This document shows positions 1-8,804 of a DNA stretch of 40,211 nt, piece by piece. Origin of the DNA: Chiloscyllium plagiosum. Its lineage: Eukaryota. How positions within the stretch are numbered: the stretch's first letter is position 1; each line of letters starts with the position of its first letter. The notes beneath the pieces were generated by a model. The model saw only the letters and a program-made list of their open reading frames with translations, did no database searches and was not told where the DNA came from. A program made the translations under genes and the position numbers. Where the stretch lies: NCBI RefSeq assembly GCF_004010195.1, contig NC_057754.1, forward strand, positions 7,126,665 through 7,166,875, read 5' to 3'.

Positions 1-249
1 CCCCCAGCCCCTGCAGAGCCTGGTCCCAGCCTGTCTGAGGGAGGGCCGAGCCCTGTGCTGTACCTACTTGAAGCCGAGGCCGCGGAGGTGCTGGCCGATT
101 AACCGGATCACATCCTCGTCCGCCCCCCCAGCCCCTGCAGAGCCTGGTCCCAGCCTGTCTGAGGGAGGGCCGAGCCCTGTGCTGTACCTACTTGAAGCCG
201 AGGCCGCGGAGGTGCTGGCCGATTAACCGGATCACATCCTCGTCCGCCC
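1..249. repeat. Exact 124-bp tandem duplication covering the WDR26 exon-1 3' end and donor site
   Basis: 1-125 is identical to 125-249 (period 124), joined in a C-run. Confidence 0.95.
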
Positions 250-930
250 GCGACAGCCTCTTCTTCTTACGGCCGCTGGCGGCCGGCGGCTGGCTCTCGG
301 TGTGCGGCCCGAGGGTGGCCGTGTCCAGGCCCAGGCCGAGGCCCAGCCCCAGGCCCAGGCCCAGCCCCAGGCCGGGCCCGGGCCCGCCGTGAGGCAGCTG
401 GCCGTTGGCGGCGCTGAGGTGCCCGGGCTGGGCGCCGTTCGTACTGGGCAGGCCCTGAGCCGGCGGTGCCTGCGGCTGCGGCTGCTGCTGCTGCATGGAG
501 CTGGAGCCCGCGCTGCTCGGGAGGACGGGGCGGAGGCGGCGCCGGCGGCGGTGAGGACCGGGCCCCGAGCCGCTGGCGGACAATCGCTGCTTCTTCCTGG
601 GAGGGGGAGGGCCGTGAGGCTGAGGCGGCGGCGGCGGAGACGCTCCACCGGGCTCCGAGTCCGACGATGAGGCCAGAGTGCTGCGTGAGGAGGAGGCGGC
701 GGCGGCGGCGCTGACGAGAGGCCGCGGTCCCGCAGCTCCTGGACTGGGCCCCGGCTCGGCCAGGCGCGTCATCAAAACATGCGCGGTCGCGTCACGACGT
801 CGCGCCCACGCGTCATCCCGCTCGACCGTTACGTCACAACCCCGGGGCCGGGCTGACGTCACCGCCTTCTGCTTGTCCGGTGACGTCACGGCCTCGCGCA
901 CCTATTTACACACGCCCCCCCGCCCCAGCT
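190..930. promoter_or_regulatory. CpG island / WDR26 promoter with clustered CRE (ATF/CREB) sites
   Basis: Very GC- and CpG-rich. TGACGTCA at 854-861 and 881-888, TTACGTCA at 829-836, CGTCA half-sites at 767-771, 790-794 and 811-815. Confidence 0.8.
192..772 (-). CDS. WDR26: WD repeat-containing protein 26 (or WDR26-like paralogue), coding exon 1; rest of gene lies left of the window
   Basis: Translation ends [25 protein letters not shown], matching the WDR26 basic patch/LisH start (human [27 protein letters not shown]). Phase-2 donor AA|GTAGGT at 192/191, so the TAG at 188-190 is intronic. ATG at 496 (MQ...) matches the canonical start; the frame is open to an upstream ATG at 772. True start uncertain. 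Confidence 0.9.
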
Positions 931-931
931 C

Positions 932-1635
932 CGGATGTCACCAGTTGCTGCACGCTGCCCCATGTCACTGGTTGGCCACCCCGTGAGGTCACTGGTTATC
1001 GCTTGCTTTGTGACATCATCGGTTCTAGCCCGCATTGTGACATCACCAGTTCTAGCCCACTCCGTGACATCACTGGTTCTCGCCTGATCCACAACGTCAT
1101 TGATTCTCCCCCTCCCCCCGCCCCATGCCAAGACATCATCGATTTTCGTCCCTTTCTGCCCAACCTTTGACGTCATCCGTTCTCATGCACCCTCATGAGG
1201 AGGCCCCAAGAAGTCCGTGTCATCACCGGTTCTGGCCCGCTCCATCACAAGCACTGGTTCTCACCCACTTCATGAAGTCACCGGTTTTTGCCCATGTCCT
1301 GACGTCATCAGTTGTTGCCACCCGATGAAGTCACCGATTCTCGAGCACTCCATGACATCACTCGTTCTCGCCTGTACCATGACATCACAGGATCTCAGCC
1401 ATTGCATGAAGTCACTGGTTTTTGCCCATGTCCTGATGTCATCAGTTGTTGCCACCCGGTGAAGTCACCGATTCTCGAGCACTCCATGACATCACTCGTT
1501 CTTGCCTGTACCATGACATCACAGGATCTCATCCATTGCATGAGGTCACCGGTTTTTGCCTACGCCAGGACATCACCAGTTCTTGCTGGTTCTCGCCCAT
1601 GCCCTGAATTCACCAGTTCTCGCCGTGATGTCAAG
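932..1635. repeat. Degenerate ~27-bp minisatellite (~24 units, consensus ~TGACATCACCGGTTCTCGCCCACTCCA) with a 134-bp higher-order duplication
   Basis: Units start at 984, 1011, 1038, 1065 ... 1273, 1300, 1326, 1353, 1380, 1407, 1434, 1460, 1487, 1514, 1541. 1273-1406 is nearly identical to 1407-1540. Confidence 0.9.
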
Positions 1636-2232
1636 AGGGCTCCCATCATCCCTCCAGGGCCCAACGCCAAGGGCTTTGGTTGACGTTTTTGCGAAGAATG
1701 CTCCCAGCTTGTTTGGCCAACTTCACCATCCTTCTCCAGTTCGACGTGCAGGGTGTATGAGCCCTGTCTTCCTATCAGAGATGCCCCTCCCTAGGAGGCA
1801 CACCATCACAAAATTGGGCCTGCAATCTGATAACGTTCCATAATTGGGCCCGATTATGTCGTTTTGTGAAGAAAATTCCTCAGGAAATCTCTCTTCATTC
1901 CCTGACACAGGACGTCGAGATCCCTGTTCCAGATCAGAGGGGACAGAATTCTGCACCTCCCTCCTAATGGGTGATGCCAGTCTGGACATCATATGGTGTT
2001 AATGATGAAACATTAGCTGAATCTATTGAGGCTGGAGTGGAGGCCTTTCCAACGTTATCACAATGGTCTTCCATTAGGCAGCTTACTGGGTATGTCTGAT
2101 AACACCTTTGAAGAAGAAAACGGGATGGGAAGCTTGTAACTGCAGGAAGGTTCTTCAGCAATTCTGAAACGTGGGAATGATGTTCTACCTGCACACTAGA
2201 GCCCAGAAATTTCTTCACCTTTGTCAGGTGTT

Positions 2233-2545
2233 TAGGTTAGGTTCCCGAGTGTGGAAACAGGCCTTCGGCCCAACAAGTCCACACCGACCCTCCGAAGAGT
2301 AACCCACCCAGACCCATTCCCTCTGACTAACGTGCCTAGCACTATGGGCAATTTAGCATGGCCAATTCACCTGACCTGCACATCTTTGGATTGTGGGAGG
2401 AAACCGGAGCACCCGGAGGAAACCCACACAGACACGGGGAGAATGTGCAAACTCCACACAGAGAGTCACCTGAGGCTGGAATCGAACCTGGGACCCTGGT
2501 GCTGTGAGGCAGCAGTGCTATCCACTGAGCCACCGTGCCGCCCCC
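2233..2545 (-). mobile_element. HE1-type (V-SINE) tRNA-derived SINE, full length
   Basis: Minus strand: GGGGCGGCACGGTGGCTCAGTGG (A box), GGTTCGATTCC (B box), V-domain GTGTGGAGTTTGCACATTCTCCCCGTG, CR1-like tail. GTGTT target-site duplication at 2228-2232 and 2546-2550. Confidence 0.9.
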
Positions 2546-3327
2546 GTGTTCGGGATACATCTTGCAGTCCATGCTGAATTTCCTTCCATCCCCTCTTGTC
2601 ATCAGGAATAATTTGCGGCAACTTCAGACACAGCCTTTTCCCTCCTGATTCCCAGTCTTCCAGTGCAAGCAGCAACTTCCCAGGAGATTTTCGCTAATTG
2701 TTCACAAACATTATGCAACTCCTTGAAGTGAATCTGTATCTTCCCAAAGATTCACTCCTGTCCTTGCCCTAAACGTGAAAGTATGGTACAAGGATCTGGG
2801 GATGTCATACTGTGTATTGACTATATCTTTATAATGTTTGTGCTTTTCATGATTTGAGAAATAATGGTTGTGGATGAACTGGAACTGAGGGGGTGTATTA
2901 AGACTGAGCTTTGGTTGGCAATGAGAACTTGCTGTTCAATGGACTAGTGACCAATTATCGATGACAAACACCTTTTGATTTGTTCTCAGGCGACTGAACA
3001 TCTTGAGGATGAGAATAAGGTACTGAGAGAAATTACTTGATCTCCATCAGTTCAGGAGCAGTCTCTCTCTGTTCTCTGCAGTCAAAACACACTTTAAAGC
3101 TGAAGAAAACCCATTTATCTTTCCGTCAACAGTTGTTATAAGCTGTAACTCTTAATTGGTAGGTCAGAGACATTTTATTAGTGAACCAGCCACCCCGTGC
3201 CTTTTGCAAACCAGTGGAAGAATCTGGAAGAAGACAACTGAAAAGCAAGGTTCCGACCATGATGAGAATTATATGGGTTCGTACTTTTAAAGTATTATTT
3301 TAACTCATGACATGTGGGAGTCGCAGG

Positions 3328-3968
3328 TACTCAGGGAGATGAAGAAGGCATTCGGCACACTTGTCTTCATTGGTCAAAACATTGAGTACAGGAATTGGGA
3401 CGCGATATTGCAGCTGTACTGGCCACTTTTGGAATACTGCATTCAATTCTGGTCTCCCTGCTGTAGGAAACATTGTTAAACTTGAGAGGGCGCAGAAAAG
3501 AGTTATAAGAATGTTGCCAGGTTTGGAGGGATTGAGCTACAGGGAGAGGCAGAACAGGCTGGGGTTGTTTTTCCTGGAGCGTCGGAGGCTGAGGGGTGAC
3601 TTTCTCGATGTTTATAAAACCATGAGGGGCATGGGAAGGGCGAGTCGCCAAGATCTTTTTCACAGGATGGAGAACTCCAAAACTAGAGAGGCATCAGTTT
3701 AAGATGAGAGGGAAAGATTTAAAAAGGAACTGAGGGGTAAGTTTTTCTCCCAGAGGGTGGTACGTGTCTGGAATAAGCAGCCAGAGGAAGTGGTAGAGGC
3801 TGGTAAAATGACATCATTCAAAAGGAATCAGGATGGGTATGTGAATAGAAAGGGTTTAGAGGGATACGGGCCAGGTGCTGGGAAATGGGACTTGGTCAGA
3901 TTGGGACGTCTGGTCAGTATGGACGAATTGCACTGAATGGTCTGTTTCGGTTCTGTATGACTCTATGA
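3328..3968 (+). mobile_element. CR1/HER1 LINE 3' fragment
   Basis: LERAQKRVIRMLPGLEGLSYRERQNRLGLFFLERRRLRGD (CR1 ORF2 C-terminus), 3'UTR and CTGTATGACTCTATGA tail. Confidence 0.9.
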
Positions 3969-4074
3969 AGTGGCATTGGTTTATCGAGAAAAAGAGGGAT
4001 CATCAGGATCATCTCAGCATCTGAGATGGAACAACTGAATTGCCTCCCAGTTTTCCTTCGACTATAAACTATTT

Positions 4075-4880
4075 TTGTGTGTGTGTGTGCGCGTATTTGT
4101 ATGTGTGTGTGAATGTGCGTATCTGTGTGTGTGTGAGTGTGTGTGTGTGAGAGAGAAAGTGTGTGTGTGTGTGAGACAGAGTGTGTATGAGAGTGTGTGA
4201 GAGAGAGAGTGTGTGAGTATGTGCAGTGTGTGAGAGAGAGAATGTGTGTGTGAGAGAGAGAATGTGTGCGAGAGAGAGAATGTGTGTGTGAGAGAGAGAA
4301 TGTGTGTGTGTGAGAGAGAATGTGTGTGAGAGGGAGAATGTGTGTATGAGAGGGAATGTGTGTGTGTGAGAGCGAGAGAATGTGTGTGAGAGAGAATGTG
4401 TGTGTGTGTGAGAGCGAAACTGTGTGTGTGTGAGAGAGAATGTGTGAGAGAGAGAATGCGTGTGTGTGAGAGAGAGAATGTATGAGAGAGAGTGTGTGTG
4501 TGTGAGAATGTGTGTGTGCGCGTGTGAGGGTTAGTGTGTGTGTGTGAGTGTGCCTATGTGAGAGAGTGTGTGTGTGCATGTGTCTGTGTGTGAGAGAGAG
4601 AAAGTGAGTGACTGTGAGAGAGTGTGTGTGTGTATTCATTTTTCTATCTGTCTGTCTTTGTATCTGTCTGTGTGCCTGTCCGTTTGTGTGAGTGTGCGTA
4701 TCTGTCTGTCTGTGTCAGTTGGGTGCATGTGTATGTGTGTTTATACGAGTCTGTTTCTATCTCTGTCTGTGTCAGTCTGTGTGTGTATGTGTGTATATCC
4801 ATCTTTGCATGTGTGAGAGAGAGTGGGTGTGTGTGTGTGTGTCTGTGTGAGGGTGTGAGTGTATGGGTGTCTGCATGTGT
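4075..4880. repeat. Compound (TG)n/(AG)n microsatellite
   Basis: Alternating TG and AG runs, with a recurring GAGAGAATGTGTG unit. Confidence 0.95.
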
Positions 4881-6202
4881 GGAGTTTATAAGGGGATGAT
4901 AGTTTTAATTTTCAGTGTTAAATGCTGACTGTAAGTGTCTGATTATCAGCGAGAGTCTAATTATCAGTATGAAACAGTCAATCTTGCTCAGAACAGGAAG
5001 TTGCTGTGTTTTTCTATCAGCCCAGCTCTGAAAACCAGGTAAAGCAGGGAAGGTTTGCATCCTAACTGAACACCCTTGAACTTTTGTCATAACTCTGGGG
5101 ATAGCAGGGTTTGATTCTCAGTGTGCGACACTGGGGTGGGGTGACAGCCAATCCTGTTGCAATTGTCTTGGGTATTAAATGGCAAGACTCCGCAGCCCTT
5201 CCTGATGGGGCGATTTGACCATTCCCCCCCCCCCCCCCCCTGTCTTTCATTGCTGGATGGTGTCCCTCAACAGAAGGTATTGTGAAAGTGCCTTCAAGCT
5301 AATGTCCTGCTGCTCCACTTTGTAGGATAGGATCAAGGAAGGATTAGGAAGCCTCCCACTCGAATCTGTGTCCCACTGTGTTTGCTGGGAGATGGTCACA
5401 AGGTCAAAGGAGGTCTCCAGCACAGAATAAGGCCCTTCAGCCCATCGAGTCAAAAACAGCCACCTAATTGTACTAATCCCATTTCTCCAGCACCTGGCTC
5501 ACAACCTTGGCGTTGTAAATCAAAGTCCTTCTTCAATGCGATGATGGTTTCTGCCTGTCCCCACCTTCACAGGCAGTGAGCTCCAGAATCCCACCTGTGA
5601 CAGTACGGTGCCTTTAAGAGAGATTTGTACTGGACTGTTTCTTTTTGCAGAGTGGAGTTATCACCCCAAGGCTGGAATGTCTGCTTCCAAAGCAGTGGGT
5701 AAGCAGCGTTCAGCTGCCTGAGTGTTTTCTTCAAGTTAGACAGAAAAAGCATGAATGGGTGCAGTCAGGCTCCCACACACCCAGGGTTTTAGATTTGGCT
5801 TACAGTTAGGGGTTGAAGCTGCTGGATACAGCTCACTCTCTGATGCAGCTAAAAGTTTACTTTCTCTCTCTGCTTCTAGATGGTTTAATTCAATGTTCCT
5901 TTCCCTTGGACAGGAGACAGCACGTGAGAGAAATCTGTTTTGCTATATTTGTCTTTGCCAAGGGTCTGTTTATGGGATGCTGCTATATTGGAACAGTTGA
6001 TGATTGATAGTTAAATAATATATTATTTGATTTCATTTTTTAATAGAGTTAAAATTATACCGCTTCCTCGTTTGTATTTTAACTGTGCTGCAAGAATAAA
6101 GTGTGCTTTATTTAAAGCCTAGTGATGGGCTAATCAATCACCTTGAGAACACAGTTTCTTACACTTGCATTTAAGTAAAATAGAAAGTGAGGGTCCAGCC
6201 AG

Positions 6203-6541
6203 TTTTGAGAAGATTTATAGCTCAAGTTGAGGTTCTGGAGGTAGGTTTGCTCGCTGAGCTGGAAGGTTCGTTTTCAGATGTTTCGTCACCCTACTAGGTA
6301 ACATCTTCAGTGAGCCTCCGGATGAAGCGCCGGTGATGATATTTATGTGTTTGGGTTTCTTTGGGTTGGTGATGTCATTTCCTGTGGTTTCCAACCCAAT
6401 CCAAGGAAACCCAAATATATAGATAGAAAGCGGGAATCATCAGCAATGCTTCATCCGGAGGCTCACTGAAGATGTTACCTAGTATGGTGACGAAACGTCT
6501 GAACATGAATCCTCCAGCTTAGCGGGCAAACCTACATCCAG
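6203..6541. mobile_element. Penelope-like element terminal repeats in inverted orientation, each with a hammerhead motif
   Basis: 6234-6380 is the approximate reverse complement of 6390-6541. Same family as 26601-26960, which retains the Penelope ORF C-terminus. Confidence 0.8.
6461..6504 (+). ncRNA. Putative minimal type-I hammerhead ribozyme
   Basis: Helix I TCA(6463-6465)/TGA(6500-6502); CTGAAGA 6466-6472; extra T; helix II GTTACC/GGTGAC 6474-6491; GAAAC 6492-6496; GTC cleavage triplet 6497-6499. Confidence 0.7.
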
Positions 6542-6573
6542 TTAGGATCAAGGCTATCTCCTTGATATATTTA

Positions 6574-8458
6574 AGACCATAAGACCATAAGACATAGGAG
6601 TGGAAGTAAGGCCATTCGGCCCATCGAGTCCACTCCGCCATTCAATCATGGCTGATGCGCATTTCAGCTCCACTTACCAGCGTTCTCCCCGTAGCCCTTA
6701 ACTCCTCTAGACAACAAGAATCTATCAATCTCGGCCTTGAAGACACTTAGCGTCCCGGCTTCCACTGCACCCCGTGGCAATGAATTCCACAGGCCCACCA
6801 CACTCTGGCTGAAGAAATGTCTCCGCATGTCTGTTCTGAAATGACCCCCTCTAATTCTAAAGCTGTGCCCAAGGATTCTAGAATCCCCACCTAACAGAAA
6901 CAAAAACCCAGCATCCACCCTTTTCAAGCCATGCATTCTATTGTAAGTTTGTATTGGATGTCCCCTCAATGTTCTAAACTCTAATGAATACAATCTCAGG
7001 ATCCTCATCAGTTCATCATATGTTAGGCCTAGCATTTCAGGGGTCATCCGTTTGAATCTCCACTGGACATGCTCCAGTGCCAGTATGTCCTTCCTGAGGT
7101 GTGGGGACCAAAACTAGACACAGTACTCCAAATGGGGCCTAACCAGAGCTTTATAAAGTCTTAGTAGTACATCTCTGCTGTTATATTCCAACCCTCTTGA
7201 GATAAGAGACAACATTGCATTCGCTTTCTTAATCACGGACTCAACCTGCATGTTTACCTTTAGAGAATCCTCGACGAGCACTCCCAGATCCCTTTGTGCT
7301 TTGGCTTTATTAATTTTCTCACCATTTAGAAAGTAGTCAATGCTTTTATTCTTTTTGCCAAAGTGCAAGACCTCGCACTTGCTCAAATTCCATCAGCCAT
7401 TTCCTGGACCACTCTCCCAACCGGTCTAGATCCTTCTGTAGCCTCCCCACTTCCTCAGCACTACCTGCCTGTCCACCTAACTTCGTATCATCGGCAAAAT
7501 TCGCTAGAATGCCCCCGGTTCCCTCATCCAAATCATTAATATATAATGCGAACAGCTGTGGCCCCAGCACCGAACCCTGCGGGACACCGCTCGTCACCGG
7601 CTGCCATTCTGAAAAAGAACCTTTTATCCCAACTCCCTGCCTTCTGTTAGACAGCCAATCCTCAATCCATCCCAGCAGCTCACCTCGAACACCATGGGCC
7701 ATCACCTTGCTCAGCAGCCTCCCGTGTGGCACCTTATCAAAGGCCTTTTGAAAGTCTAGATAGACCACATCCACTGGGTCTCCCTGGTCTAACCTACTTG
7801 TTACCTCTTCAAAAAATTCCAACAGGTTTATCAGGCATGACCTCCCTTTACTAAATCCATGTTGACTTGTTCTAATCAGACTCTGCTCTTCCAAGAATTT
7901 AGAAACCTCATCCTTAATGATGGATTCTAGAATTTTACCAACAACCGAGGTTAAGCTGATTGGCCTATAATTTTCCATCTTTTGCCTTGATCCTTTCTTG
8001 AACAAGGGGGTTACAACAGCCATCTTATAATCATCCGGGACCTTTCCTGACTCCAGTAACTCTTGAAAGATCTCAACCAATGCCTCTGCTATTTCCTCAG
8101 CCACCTCTCTCAGAACTCTAGGGTGTATCCCATCGGGGCCAGGAGATTTATCAATTTTAAGACTTTTTAACTTTTCTAGCACTATCTCTTTCGTAATGGC
8201 AACCATACTCAACTCAGCCCCGTGACACCCTTTAATTTTTGGGATATTACTCATGTCTTCCACTGTGAAGACTGACGCAAAGTACTTGTTAAGATCTCCT
8301 GCTATTTCCTTATCTCCCATCACTAGGCTTCCTGCATCAGTTTGAAGTGGCCCAATGTCTACTTTTGCCTGTCGTTTGTTTCTTATGTACTGAAAGAAAC
8401 TTTTACTATTATTTCTAATATTACTGGCTAGCCAACCTTCATATTTGATCCTCTCCTT
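6574..8458 (-). mobile_element. CR1 LINE ORF2 (RT domain to 3' tail), relatively young but inactivated
   Basis: KSPGPDGIHPRVL, NYRPISLTSV, YLDFQKAFDKVPH, GVPQGSVLGP, FADDTKL. Frameshift near 7385, stop at 7114-7116, (TTATGGTC)n-type tail at 6574-6598. Confidence 0.95.
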
Positions 8459-8804
8459 NNNNNNNNNNNNNNNNNNNNNNNNNNNNNNNNNNNNNNNNNN
8501 NNNNNNNNNNNNNNNNNNNNNNNNNNNNNNNNNNNNNNNNNNNNNNNNNNNNNNNNNNNNNNNNNNNNNNNNNNNNNNNNNNNNNNNNNNNNNNNNNNNN
8601 NNNNNNNNNNNNNNNNNNNNNNNNNNNNNNNNNNNNNNNNNNNNNNNNNNNNNNNNNNNNNNNNNNNNNNNNNNNNNNNNNNNNNNNNNNNNNNNNNNNN
8701 NNNNNNNNNNNNNNNNNNNNNNNNNNNNNNNNNNNNNNNNNNNNNNNNNNNNNNNNNNNNNNNNNNNNNNNNNNNNNNNNNNNNNNNNNNNNNNNNNNNN
8801 NNNN
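8459..8804. other. Assembly gap (346 N)
   Basis: Run of N. Confidence 1.

Noticed and set aside
773..901. Extension of the WDR26 ORF to 901 in the ORF track
   Set aside because: It starts at GTG in CRE-rich promoter sequence, probably at or upstream of the TSS, and has no recognisable protein similarity.
932..1635. Repeat-with-variable-spacer appearance reminiscent of a CRISPR array
   Set aside because: Vertebrate DNA with no cas genes; the variable parts are homologous to each other and the conserved part is only ~14 bp. It is a minisatellite.
2470..2545. tRNA-like A and B boxes (also at other HE1 copies and ~34252-34310)
   Set aside because: These are SINE heads continuous with the V-domain, not tRNA genes.
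3914..4899. His/Thr/Ser-rich and Cys/Val-rich ORFs
   Set aside because: Translations of TG/AG microsatellite.
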